DNA from: Hemiscyllium ocellatum
Lineage: Eukaryota
Length of the DNA stretch: 64,000 nt
Assembly (NCBI RefSeq): GCF_020745735.1
Contig: NC_083404.1
Coordinates: 102,671,731 to 102,735,730 of the forward strand
Reading direction: 5' to 3'
Part shown: in pieces, positions 24,330 to 38,009 of the stretch
How the letters are laid out: each line of letters starts with the position of its first letter
Position numbering within the stretch: position 1 is the first letter of the stretch
Made by a program: the position numbers and the translations under genes
The notes under the pieces: generated by a model
Seen by the model: the letters and a program-made list of their open reading frames with translations, nothing else
What the model was told of the DNA's origin: nothing
The model's database searches: none

Positions 24330-25260
24330 ATCTCTCTCTCTCTCCACTCTGTGTCCTGCTGGGCTGGATAAGAAGGTCTCTTTCATCTGCTACAGTTTAG
24401 ATTCAGGATGCTTTTTCAATCTACGAGTCTCAAGATGAATTGAGAGCTATCTCTTTCTCTCTCCTGATAGGGGTGGCTGGGAGATGCCTCTCTGTGTGTC
24501 CTGCTAGGCTGGGTTCGGAATTTTCTCTGTCTCTTTGTGCTGTTGATCTGGGTTAGCTGGTGCCTCTGTCTTAGTTAAGAGTGTTTCTGTGTGTAATCTG
24601 TTGATCTGAGTGAAGTGATGGCTTTCCATCTCTGTCTAGATTAGTAAATGTATCTCTTTGTGTACTGAATATCTTGGGCCAGCTCCTGCTATCTTGGTTA
24701 GGAAGTGTGTGTGTTTCTCTTTCTCCCACTCTGTCTGTGTGGCTGGGGTAGGAGGTATCACTCTGTCTGGCAGACTGAATATCTGGGTTACAATGTTTGG
24801 GTATCTCTCTTCCTCTCTGTTTGGGTAAGAAGGTGTCCTACTGTCTGTCTAGCTTAGGAGGTCTCTCTCTCGGTTAGATGTCTCTCTCTCGAGAGTGTGG
24901 CGCTGGAAAAGCACAGCAGGTCAGGCAGCATCCGAGGAGTACGAAAATAGACGTTTCGGGCAAAAGCCCTTCATCAGGAATGAAGTCTCACTGTCTGTCT
25001 TTCTGGAAGAGGAGGTGTCTCTGTCTCTCTGGGTTCAGAGGTCTCTGTTTCTCTGCATTAGGAGGTATGTTTCTGTTTCTGTCTGACGTAGGACGTATCT
25101 CTGGGTCTGGGGGTTTGGAGGTCTCTCTCTCTCTCTGTCTGGGTAAGAAGCATCTCTCTGTCTGTTTGGGCGAAGAGGTGTGTCTCTGTCTTTCTCTCTC
25201 TCTGTCTGGCTGTCTGTTTGGATTAGGAGGTGTGTCTCTGTCTTTCTCTCTAGCAGTCTC
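24330..25260. repeat. Degenerate CT/GT-rich low-complexity tandem region (ctctctgtctgggttaggaggt-like)
   Basis: Recurrent diverged motif; paralog at about 51540-52290. Confidence 0.7.
24946..24981 (-). ncRNA. Minimal hammerhead ribozyme motif (second Penelope family terminus)
   Basis: Reverse strand attc-CTGATGA-aGGGC-tttt-GCCC-GAAA-cGTC-tatt. Confidence 0.6.
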
Positions 25261-25873
25261 TAGCACTCCCACACTCACACATGCACCTCCTCACAGACTC
25301 ACATACACATATATATATATACACTCTCTCACATTCACAATGTGAATCCAATCCAGACAGACTCCTATACATACACACACACAAAAACCCACATGCACAC
25401 ATATACATATATGTTTGTGGAGTGAATTTGTACTTGCAAAGTTACATTATACTCTGCTCAAAAACTGCATAAGTTCATGTAACACTCTTGTTAACTAATT
25501 TTTTTAGATTAGAATCAGTCCAAACATTATGGCACAGACAGAGAACACAGGGGGCTAACACCTTCAACATAGTATCTGGTGAACACCAACTGTTACAGTT
25601 AACCTGAGAATGTAACTTTAAAAACAACGTTTTGCCATTTACATATGAAAGGAGTGAAACTATCATGGTATTCAAACAGATGAAAGACTCAACAAACAAT
25701 CAAGGTATTTTTCAATGTATAATTTCAGCTATGTCACACTATAAACTTTTGCTATAAATTCTGTGTCTTATAATTGTGTACTCCACAACCATCTGATGAA
25801 GGAGCAGTGCTCTGAAAGCTAGTGCTTCCAATTAAACCTTTGGACTATAACCTGGTGTTGTGTGAGTTTTAAC
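25260..25873 (+). mobile_element. Retroelement 3' tail (Penelope-like, third family) replacing PTDSS1 exons 1-2 in copy A
   Basis: Ends ctataacctggtgttgtgtgagttttaact; contains CTGATGA-aggagcagtgctct-GAAA-gcta hammerhead-like motif near 25792; same terminus occurs as an inverted pair at 41420-41605. Confidence 0.7.
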
Positions 25874-26264
25874 TAATGGTAAGTTGTTTGTTACAAGTGA
25901 GAATTGTGATTGATCACACTTCTTATATATTATTTTCCACATTCTAAAATAATTTGTTTATTCATGCAATGTTGTTAAGGATATTTCCATTAATGTTTCA
26001 GGTCCTTTCACCAGACCACATCCAGCAATATGGAAGATGGTTTTTAGTCAGCTCTAAAGCTAGAATAAAAGCTGCAAGTCTTTCCTGACATTTGGGACTT
26101 GAATTTCTTTCTTCTCCCAGTTAATTTTCAAAAACATAACATACTAAACTATTTGTGAATTGTTTATGAAAACTTAGCAAGTGAGTCCAAAAGGTGAATC
26201 ATTGATTCCTGGTTTGAATCCATATGAATAAATGGTTGTGAATGCTTATAACTTTTGCCTAGAC

Positions 26265-27827
26265 CTAGCTGATATAGAGGAAAGAGTGAGGACTGCAGAT
26301 GCTGGAGATCAGAGCTGAAAAATGTGTTGCTGGAAAAGCGCCACAGGTCAGGCAGCATCAAAGGAGCAGGAGAATCGATGTTTCGGGCATAAGCCCTTCT
26401 TCAGGAATGAGGAAGCTGTGCCAATCAGGCTAAGATAAAAGGTAGGGGGAGGGGCATTGGGAATGCGATAGGTGGAAGGTGGTTAAGGTGAGGGTGATAG
26501 GCCAGAGAGGGGGTGGGGGCAAAGAGGTCGGGAAGAAGATTGCAGGTCAAGAAGGCGGTGCTGAGTCTGAGGGTTGGGACTGAGATAAGGTGGGAGGGGA
26601 AATGAGGAAGCTGGAGAAATCTGCATTCATCCCTTGTGGTTGAAGGGTTCCTAGGCGGAAGATGAGGCGCTCTTCCTCCAGGCGTCGTGTTGCCATGGTC
26701 TGGCGATGGAGGAGACCAAGGACCTGCATGTCCTTGGCGGAGTGGGAGGGGGAGTTAAAGTGTTCCGCCACGGGGAGCTAGGGTTGGTTGGTGCGGGTGT
26801 CCCAGAGGTGTTCTCTGAAACCTTCCGCAAGTAGCCGGCCTGTCTCCCCAATATAGAGGAGGCCACATCGGGTGCAGCGGATGCAGTAAATGATGTGTGT
26901 GGAGGTGCTGGTGAATTTGTGATGGATATGGAAGGATCCCTTGGGGTCTTGGAGGGAAGTGAGGGGGGAGGTGTGGGTGCAAGTTTTGCATTTCTTGCAA
27001 TTGCAGGGGAAGGTGCCGTGAGTGGAAGTTGGGTTGGTGGAGGGTGTGGACCTGACAAGGGAGTCAGATTCACACCCCCCACCAACCCAACCTCCACTCC
27101 CAGCACCTTCCCCTGCAACCGCAAGAAATGCAAACCTTGCGCCCACACCTCCCCCCTCACTTCCCTCCAAGACCCCAAGAGATCCTTCCATATCCATCAC
27201 AAATTCACCTGCACCTCCACACACATCATTTACTGCATCCGCTGCACCCGATGTGGCCTTCTCTACATTGGGGAGACAGGCCATCTACTTGCGGACAGTT
27301 TCAGAGAACACCTCTGGGACACCAACCAACCAACCCAACCATCCCCTGGCGGAACACTTTAACTCCCCCTCCCACTCCGCCAAGGTCATGCAGGTCCTTG
27401 GCCTCCTCCATTGCCAGAATATGGCAACACGATGCCTGGAGGAAGAGCGCCTCATCTTCCGCCTCGGAATCCTCCAACCACAAGGGTTGAATGCAGATTT
27501 CTCCAGCTTCCTCATTTCCCCTCCCACCTTATCTCAGTCCCAACCCTCAGACTCAGCACCGCCTTCTTGACCTGCAATTTTCTTCCCGACCTCTCCGCCC
27601 CCACCCCCTCTCCGGCCGATCACCCTCACCTTAACCTCCTTCCACCTATCGCATTCCCAACGCCCCTCTGCCAAGTCCCTCCTCCCTACTTTTTATCTTA
27701 ATCTGCTTGGCACGTACACCTCATTCCTGAAGAAGGGCTTATGCCCAAAGCGTCGATTCTCCTGCTCCTTGGATGCTGCCTGACATGCTGCGCTTTTCCA
27801 GCAGGACATTTTCTAGCTGATATAGAG
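26265..27827. mobile_element. 1.5-kb palindromic Penelope-like insertion (two inverted GIY-YIG 3' ends) with 15-bp TSD
   Basis: Arms about 26310-27050 (-) and 27070-27812 (+) both encode IYCIRCTRCGLLYIGETG; ctagctgatatagag at 26265-26279 and 27813-27827. Confidence 0.9.
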
Positions 27828-28723
27828 TCATAGAGATGTACAGCATGGAAGCAGACCCTTTGGCCCAACCTGTCCATGCCGACCAGATATCCATAACCCA
27901 ATCTAGTCCCACCTGCCAGCACTCAGCCCATATTCCTCCAAACCCTTCCTATTTATATACCCATCCAAATGCCTCTTAAATGTTGCAATTGTATCAGCTT
28001 CCACCACTTTCTCTGGCAGCTCATTCCATACACGTACCACCCTATGTGTGAAAATATTTTCCCCTTAGGCCTCTTTTATATCTTTCCCCTCTCACCCTAA
28101 ACCTATGCCCTCTAGTCTGAACTCCCTGACCCCAGGAAAAAGACTTTGTCTACTTACCCTATCCATGCCCCTCATAATTTTGTAAACCTCTATAAGGTCA
28201 CCCATCAGCCACCGATGCTCCAGGGAAAACAGCCTCAACCTGTTCAGCCTCTCCCTATCACTCATTTCCTCCAACCCTGGCAACATCCTTGTAAATCTTT
28301 TCTGAACCCTTTCAAGTTTCACAACATCTTTCTGATAAGAAGGAGACCAGAATTGCATGCAATATTCCAACAGTGGCCTAACCAATGTCCTGTACAGCCG
28401 CAACATGACCTCCTAACTCCTGTACTCAATATTCTGACCAACAAAGGAAAGCATACCAAACGCCTTCTTCACTATCCTATCTACCTGCGACTCTACTTTC
28501 ATGGAGCTATGAACCTGCACTCCGAGGTCTCTTTGTTCAGCAACACTCCCTTGGACCTTATCATTAAGTGTACAAGTCCTGCTAAGATTTGCTTTCCCAA
28601 AATGCAGTACCTCACATTTGTCTGAATTAAACTCTGCCACTTCTCAGCCCATTGGCCCATCTAGTCAAGATCCCGTTGCAATCTGAGGTAACCCTCTTCG
28701 TTGTCCACTACACCTCCAATTTT
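27822..28723 (-). mobile_element. CR1-type LINE 3' fragment (copy A specific)
   Basis: LYRTLVRPLLEYC..FWSP..KD...LERVQKRFTRM CR1 ORF2 C-terminus plus 3' tail. Confidence 0.9.
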
Positions 28724-29499
28724 TGTGCAGGTATCTGTGCACACGTGCATGTGCAGAGAGTTTGGGACAGGAGTACATCATCTAAGAATAAGAGATCACA
28801 CACTTAAATTGGAGGTGAAAAGGGATTTCTTCTCTGAGGGAAGTGAATCTGTGGAATTCTTTACTGCAGAAAGCAATTGAAGCTGGATCATTAAGTATAT
28901 TCAAGACTTGGATGGATAGATTTTTAATCAGTGAATGAAGGGTTACATGGAAAAAGCAAGAACATAGAATTGAGGATTTTTTGGGTCTGTCAAGATTTCA
29001 CTGAATGGCAGATCAGATTTAAGGGATTTATTTGGTGAATTGATGAGATGCAAAATTCAGATGCAACTTGACATAATGGATCACTGCTGACATCTTGTGT
29101 TGGAGTTTCAATTGCAAACTGGGTGATTCCAAATATGAAATTTAATTCAGCTTCTGCTTTGACTTACACAATGTAAAATCTGTACAGTACAGATAGAGGC
29201 AATGTTGCCCATCAAGACCATACCGTCCCTTGAAGAGCATCCTACCCTTTCCCCATAGCCCCATATTTACCACAGTTAGCCTATCTTGCCTGGGCACTAC
29301 AGTATGGCCAATCCACCTAATCTGCACATCTTTGGACTGTGGGAGTAAACCAGAGCAGCCGGAGGAAACCCACACAAGCACAACGTACAAACCCCACACA
29401 GTCACCTCAGATTGGAATTGAACCGAGGTCCCTGGCATTGCATTTACTAAAAGCTTGTAGATCATAACAAGTGCACCATTTGAGCTCACCATTAGCTAA

Positions 29500-29772
<273 letters not shown>

Positions 29773-32700
29773 TAGTAATATTCTATAATGAGAAAAATCC
29801 AAGATGCATTAAAGTTATTCCTTAATTTAATTTCATTCATTTTGCATTCATTTATAGTATCCAGCTGTCTTTAGCACTTTTGTATTCTTATTTTTCTTCA
29901 CTTTCACGATGGGTATATGAATAGGAAGAGTTTGGAGGAATGTGGGCCAGGTGCTGGCAGGTGGGACTAGACTGGGTTTAGATATCTGGTGGGCATGGAC
30001 GAGTTGGACTGAAGGGTCTGTTTCCATGCTGTACATCTCTATGACTCTCTGACTCTAAGTGACTGACTTGTATGATTTCTATAAACATCACATGTTTTAT
30101 TGTTTCAGTTGATGTGATGCTCCTGGAGTCTGTCAAACCTAACTGATGAGCATTGATGCAGTTAGACCCTTGGACGTACAAATGGCAGTGAATAGTCAAA
30201 GCTTGTAATCAAAATTAATTTAGAAATATTCTTTTGTTATCACTAGTTGAAAATTTTTAATTTTTTTCATCTCATGTTGTTCTTGGTAGCAATATAACCA
30301 AACATATTTGTAAAAATACTTGTCGTATATATCCTGACATTTATTAAGAAGGTGAGAAGGATATTACACAATTTGGAATCCAATGCCTACCTATTCTGTT
30401 GTAAATAAGTACCTTTGAAGGGTAATTCTATGGAAATTCTTGGCTGAGATTGCTGGTTTGTTCTAATATAGGTCAGTACCTAGCAAGGAGACTCAATTCA
30501 ACTATAGTCACAGCTCGTCTTTTGCAGTTGAGTTTTCTTCCTATTTTTAATCAGTTTCTGTGATCACTATTATCAACATTTTAGGAAGAAAAGTTGAATC
30601 TGCAGTGCTACTGAGAGGCAGTTGAGGTTTCTTTCCCCCTGGCTCAATGAAAGGAACAACATTCATAATTTTACAGAAATATGAATTTAATGTTTCTTTG
30701 CTGATTTGCAGTTGAATTTTAAAAGATTTTGAAGCAGTGTTGTGTTATTTTGGACGGCATCTGCATCTTGACATCTCAATCTCAATTTAATCCATTTTAA
30801 ATAAGGGGACAGAATATAAACTAGACATTATTTTTTTAACTACCAAACCAAGGAACAGAGTGACAATACATTTTCTTGTGCTGTTACACAAAACCATATG
30901 AGTGGCAGATGGTTGGTGTTTGTTATATTATTTTGAATTTTACCAGCATTAAATCTGAAAATTGACACAATCTAGGTTCAATCTGTGCTGAAAAAGCAAT
31001 TTATTTTCCATTGCTAAAGAAAATTGTGACACACTTTCATCGACTAGTGGGGGGGAAAAAAATCGAAGTCCCCGATCCTGTTTGCAATCAAGTTTCCCTT
31101 GCTTGGAGTAAATCTGTAATGATGTTAAAACATTGAAAATTTGTATAAATGTATAAATCTCAATAGTATTTAGGAATTAGGAACAAATGCTAATAATGTC
31201 CATGACCGAATAAAAAAACATTTGATTTTGTAAAAATAACTTTGATAAGAGAAAGCGCTGTGGTGGTGGGAATCTGTTATTGGAGCAAGTGTGCTGCTTT
31301 AATGAAACCTTCCTCAATTACAGTTTGCAACTCTTTTGTATACATTAAGACACTTAATCCCAAGGAGACTATAGCAACCGTTGAATTTACAGGTCGATTC
31401 CAGGAGCATTTGCTCATTAGATATTGTTCAGCCAACATTATAATTGATCACCAGACATTTTGTAAATGACCCAAGAATTGTTCCCCGGAGAGTATTATGT
31501 GGGTTTGTGTTTTCTGCTGCAACTATTCTTTGTCAGTCTGCAGAAAGTGTTAATCTGTAACCCTGTTATTCATGGTAGCAGTTCCAGTTTTCATCACAGA
31601 ATTGAGTAGTGGAATAGCATTTATTCGGTGATCTAATTTTTAAATTGGTTCTTAAGATGTACACAATGTTACAAGATCCCATTTATTCACATAAACATTT
31701 TAATTTTTCTGCTGAGTTGTGGGGATAGTTTCCTTCTCAGTAAAGGGTGGAAAGGGCAGAGTAATCCCCTGGTAACAACTTTGTGTTGTTCTAATTCCAA
31801 CAGATAATCATCCTGGAAATGTCATTTCATATTCCAGAAAGAAACCTGGATTGATAAGATTTTTTTTTCAACATTTTGTGGTTGGTTAATGTTGTGATTA
31901 GTTACAGAAACTCATGTATTCTCTTAACATGAGGTTATTGTGCAAAAGATGAACAAAAGCAACCAAAGGTAGACATATATAGAACACAGTTGGAAACATC
32001 TTAACAAGCAGAATAAAACAGTTTCAACCTGTTTCCCAACACTCTATTTGTTACAGACACTCCATTCCAGAGAAAGAGGAACTTTTACCTCTATATCAAC
32101 TCATTAAGTTGTTACAAAATTAACTTTCCCCAATTTCCTTTCATTAATTACATGCCTCCCTATCAAGAAAAAGTTTTCATCTCAAACTGTGACATTTTAC
32201 TTGCAGTTCTGAATGACAAATTCTCTGTGTACCTGGTGAATGGTGGTGGTCCCATTGCTGATTCTTGTGAAATACTGCTAGCTACCTTTTTCTATTCTAT
32301 CTGATCCTTATTATCTTTTTCATTTGTAACCAGCATGCTGTCCGTTTCGTTATTTGTTTCCCTAACTCCGTATGTTATGATATAATAATGATTCTACTGT
32401 GCAGTTTCAGAAATGTTTCTGAATCCAAATATATTACATTTACTGCATTACCTTTAGCTATCCTGTTATTTCAAATCATTTAATAAGGTTGTTCAGGCAT
32501 GACCTTTCCTTTTGGAATTCACGCTGACTACTCTCATTTTTAGTTTCTCAATGTTTTATGCATATAAATTTTATGCATATATCATTATCTCTTTCTTTTG
32601 CCTTTAGCATTTAACCAATTTATGTATAGTTCTCAAGATGTTTTCAATTTCCGTTTTTATATATATAGGAAGCATGTAAGCACACTGCCAGTTCTCTCAC

Positions 32701-35700
32701 ACTATTCCCTTTTCTAATGACTTTTTATGTGTGTAGTAATGCCTAATGTACTTTAATGTGCATCTTGAGGATAAAAGATCTATTATTACTTTATCTTCTC
32801 TAATACAAGCCTTTACTGAAATTTCAACATAAGCCCAAAAAACAGCTTGTCACCTTAGATTAAGTATATTGTAGTCTTCCACATTCAAACTGAAGTTTGT
32901 TGATTTCAGACTGCAATCTCTGCCTGCCTTTTGTTATTCCTGCACAGTTTTCGGTTTTCCCACCTTCTCCTTTACTCCAGGCTGGCAGCTGTCCATCACA
33001 CCTTCTCCAGCCATTTCGTTTGTTTCTTTCCTTGTTCGATTACTACTGACACAAAAACTAAAATTGCTGGAAAAGCTCAGCAAGTCAGACAGCATCTGTG
33101 GAGAGTTAACATTTTGGGTCAGTTTTCCAGCAATTTCTGATTTGCTGCATCTGCAGTTCTTTCAATGTTTTATCTATTATTACTGTTCTGGCCTTGCACC
33201 ACAACACTTTAATTTAATTTAATTTCGCCTCTCTTCCACGTTAGGAGAGCTTCCCTTTTGTTCTTTTCCAACCCTCCTCATTTCACGTATTTAAAAACAA
33301 GCATGTTGCCTGACTTGAGTAGTTCCAACATTTTCTGTTGCCTTCTTTTCCATTCTCCATAATGATTACTTTATCAATTCTTCTTCCCCTCTATCCCTCC
33401 CAATCTTTCTGTCCTGTATGTCTTTACACCTTTTCTCAGTATCTTTTTGTAATATCATGTCCACCATGTTAGTTTCCTGGGTAATTACTGACAGAAAGCA
33501 AATTGGCAGAAATATTATCAACTGTATTCTTTAGTGAACCCATCCCAAACCTGAACTGTAATTTTTAAAATGGTGCTCATGGACTAATTTTGTTTTCCTT
33601 TTCTATCCCTTCATGGTTTTTCTTAATTCTTTCTCTGCAACTTTTCTCATTCGCCTTTGTTGTCATCTCCTTTCTTGCCTTTATAGATCAACCTGATTCA
33701 GGCATGTTATGACATCGCTCTGAAACAGGTGGGACTTGAACCCAGAGCTCCTGGCCCAGAGGTAGGGACACTACCACTGTGCCACAAGGGCGCTATTATG
33801 CACCTTTTATTGGGAATTCTTATGAGAAGTGCACGCTCACAAAGCGAGTGGAACCTATGAGATTGCAGATGTAACGCTGTTTAATAATAAGGGCAATGTC
33901 ACAGCAGTTGGGGTGGTCAGATGGTTCATGAGTTATTTTCACCGACCTACCCGGACATAATCTGGCAGTGACACTGCTGCTATGCCACAGGACCTCTTTG
34001 TTTATTTCTCTTTCTTTAGTTTCAGTTTTACTTTTATTTGCTTCTCTATCTGTTTCTCTGTGTGTTGGTCATGGCTGATTTGGTAGAACACTCACCTCTG
34101 AATCACAAGGTCACAGGTTCAATACCCGCTGCAGATCTTGATCGTGAAAATAAAGATGGACATTGAGTGTAGTTGTGAAGAGGTCCCAGCTGTCTCTTTG
34201 GACGGGATGAAAAATTCACGGCACTATTCTGAAGAAGAACAGGGGAGTTATTTTCGATGCTCTCATTAATGCATCCTTGATCAACATCACAAAAACTACA
34301 AATGGTCAGGTCATTATTTTTAAACACCAAAAGAATTCTGGATGCTGTAAATCAGAAACAAAAGAGTTTGCTGGTAAAGATCAGCAAATTTGGCAGCATT
34401 TGTGGAGAGAAATCAAAGTGAACCGTAACATTCTGAAGAAGGGTCGCTGGATCTGAAACATTAACTTTGATTCCTCTGCGTAGGTGTTGCCAGACCTGCT
34501 GAGCTTTTCCAGCAAACTCTGTTTTGTGTAAGACATTATTTTTGTTATGCATAGGAGTTTGCTGAGACCAAATAATTAATACCTGCATTAGAACAGTTTG
34601 TACACTCTGAAAAGTATTTAATCATCTGTCAGGTACAGGTACTTGAAGGAGTCCTGTGCTTGTGAAGAACACTATATAAATGCAATTTGTCTTTCCTTAT
34701 TTATACTGTGCTGTTATTAGCTTTGTCTTGTTTTACGTGCAATATATTACTTTCCTATTTATCACCATTGTACATGCTTCCTATTACTCTTCTATTTCTT
34801 TGTTATCTTTTTTAATTATTATTTTCCCTAATTGCAATCTTATCACCGCAAAATCTTTTTTTTTTCCCAATTTATTAGTTTGGTCTTGGACCTATTTGCA
34901 TCCTTTTTGACCCTGATTTTAATACACTATAATTGCTGTTGCCTAAAGGTACCCCAACACTTGCTTCTCATTATGACCCCTCCTACCAGTTTTGTAACTT
35001 CACAGCCACTACAACAGCTAACAAAAGCAATGATTTAAAAAACGTATACTTTTTGTGTTGGATGACGAAAGGGTTTTTCATTTTCTGTTATGCCCGTACT
35101 AATATTACATGTCTTCATCAGGGCAATACACACAACCAGTGGAAAGCTGAAACGGGCAGTGTTGCAGTTTACTCCGGCCAGCTGGACGTACGTTCGGTGG
35201 TTTGACCCAAAATCTTCCTTTCAGAGGTTGGCTGGAATCTACCTCTTCCTAATTATCTGGCAGGTAACAAACATAAATTTGCAGAGCAAATGTGACGTCT
35301 CATTCTGAGAAAGATGTTTCTTTGTGACTTATTGGATGCAACTTTCAATTTCAGTGGGGCTAGAAATTGGGCGAAAGCAGATCAGTCCCCCATCCTGTTG
35401 TGCTGATGATGGATCTGCCTCAGCACTCTACCTTCTAGATCATACCCACTCCTCCTGAAATTGCACCTCTCACTCTTTTGTCACTTTGTTTAACCCCATG
35501 TTGTAGTGTCAATGGTGTGGGAAGTGTGGGATAAAAATGAAGGAAAGAGAGGAAACACCAAATGAGAAAGAAAGAACACAATGGGAGAGAGTAAAACAAG
35601 TGAAGTGGAGAGAGAGGGACGTCTGGCCGTGCCAGTAAGAGAACTGTGAAATCTCGGACCCATTTTCTCACTTCCATAAGCCAGTGGTTTGTGAGTTAAT

Positions 35701-35894
35701 AAAACCTTTTTATTGGTTTGGCCTGAGCTGGACTATTTTGAAAGCACAGTACTGCATCATCTTTGGTTGAACATTCTGCTGGTGTTTGCCCACTTGCCCA
35801 ACTGCTCAATGCTTGAGACTGTGAGGTACGTGAAATGGTGTTGTTCCTTACGGGAAATCTAACTGACATTTAACAGTTCAGCTCTTTGCTGTAT

Positions 35895-36085
35895 GTGGAG
35901 AAAGTGAGGACTGCAGATGCCGGAGATCAGAGTCGAGAGTGTGTGCTGGAAGAGCACAGCAGCATCCAAGGAGCAGGAGAATTGATATTTCAGGTGTTTT
36001 GGGCTTATGCCCAAAACGTTGATTCTCCTGCTCCTCGGATGCTGCTTGACTTGCTGTGCTTTTCCAGCACACACTCTCAACTCTG
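35895..36085. mobile_element. Short fold-back insertion of inverted Penelope termini
   Basis: ggagaaagtgaggactgcagatg... arm followed by its inverted counterpart. Confidence 0.7.
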
Positions 36086-36814
36086 TTGAATGTGGAGCTT
36101 TGAACTGATGGGATGAAAACCTGATGAGAATTGAAGCATATTTTGGTAGTTATTAATTAATTTTAATTTAAGTCTGGGTGGAGTGGAGGGAGAATGAAAG
36201 CTGGTGCTTTAAATTGTATGGAACCTTCAAAATAGATACTATACTTGGTTGGAAATCTTGTAGTTATAAGGATAGCAACAGTCTCTGCAGCCTAATTTAT
36301 CTCCTGTTAGTGGTGCAAGGAATTAATGTTCATGTAACTGTGAAGGATGTAGTCTTATCAAATTTCACTGCTTATTTTTAATATACGATGAAATAAATGC
36401 AAATCTGATGTCTAGTTTGCATTTCTACAACATGTTACTTCACTGATTTCGTTCTTCTCTGAAATGATATTGAAATCCCTTCTTCTTGCCTTTGTTATCT
36501 GCAGACTCCATTATTCCAGTACACTCCTGGTTAATCTCCCACATAAACTTCATAAACTTGAGCTTATTTAAAACTCCAAGGCCCGTATCTTAACGTGCAG
36601 CAAGTTCCATTTCTCTGTCACCATTGTGTTTGCTGATTTTCATTGCCTTCTGATCAAGCATCATTATGATTTTAAAATTTTCATCCTTGTTTTCAAATTC
36701 CTCCATGATTTCATTCCCTCCTGACTTCTTAGTTTATTCCAGCCCCATAACTCTCTGAGATTAGCACTCTGCTCATTCTGCCAACGTCTGCCCTTACATT
36801 TTGCAGCATTTGTG

Positions 36815-36980
36815 GATATGTTGTGGTTCTGTTCGCCGAGCTGAGAATTTGTGTTGCAGACGTTTCGTCCCCTGTCTAGGTGACATCCTCAGTGCTTGGG
36901 AGCCTCCTGTGAAGTGCTTCTGTGATGTTTCCTCCGGCATTTATAGTGGTTTTTCTCTGCCGCTTCCGGTTCCAGCTGTA
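36815..36980 (-). mobile_element. Solo Penelope terminal repeat with intact hammerhead core (36855-36896)
   Basis: Reverse strand gca-CTGAGGA-tgtcacctagacaggggac-GAAA-cGTC-tgc. Confidence 0.8.
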
Positions 36981-38009
36981 CTCTATCAACATGTATGTCA
37001 TTACATACAGGTTTCATGTCGGTAACATGTTTCCTGTATATCCAGTAAGCTTTGATTTAGTAGATTACATTAATATCAACCAATTTTCATTAGAAAACCT
37101 TGAACACATCTGTTGAATATTTTATCAAGTTGTGTAAGTTAGCTGGGAGACATCCAAGTTTTAGCTTGTGAAAGTTAGCAAGTATATTGTGAAATAGTTA
37201 ACTGTTCTAATACCTCCATGCGGGACACTGAAATTATTTACAATTTCATGGCATATTAAGAAAGTTCAAAAAGTTATTTGAGTTCATTATACGTTTTTTT
37301 CTGTTTTTTAGTTGACTGAACTGAACACCTTTTTCTTGAAGCACGTCTTTGTGTTTCAAGCAGGCCATGTGCTGAGTTATGGTAGAATTCTCTTCATTGG
37401 TGTGATCACAGCTCCGACTGTACGGTAAAGCTCCTTTATCACTTGTTTTCAAATGTACTGTTGATCTCCTGTAGCATTGCTTACATGTATAAAATTAATA
37501 ATTGTTTTCTAATTTTAATCTGCTGCTGATAATATGTGTTTTCTTCTAATTATTTGTCTCCAGTCTTTTTCTCCTAAATTTTCCTCACTCTTGTTCATTA
37601 TTTTTCCCTCTCAAGTATCACCCTTCCGTACCATCCCTTTTGGAATAGCTACTTGTAGGAAGTTTTATATCAGAGCAGTAGAAGACTTTCAAAAAGGAAA
37701 TCGTGAAAACACAGGACCAACATATTCCTGTAAAAGTGAAGGGTGGGACCAAGTCCAGAAACTCCTGGATATCGAGGAAGTACAGAACTGGAAAAGGTTT
37801 ATGTAAAAAAGGGAGCTTGTGGTAGAAGTGGAGGGCTCAAAGCATCAATAGCTCTAGAGGTGTATAGAAAGCTCAGGACACGTGAAGAGACTGTAGGTCT
37901 GTAATACAGAGGAGGTGGTAGGACACTGCGAACCGGAATTTCTGAAACTAATACAAAGCATCAGAGGAATCGTGGAAGCAAGTGGAAAGGGACTAGACAA
38001 GAGGAGAAA

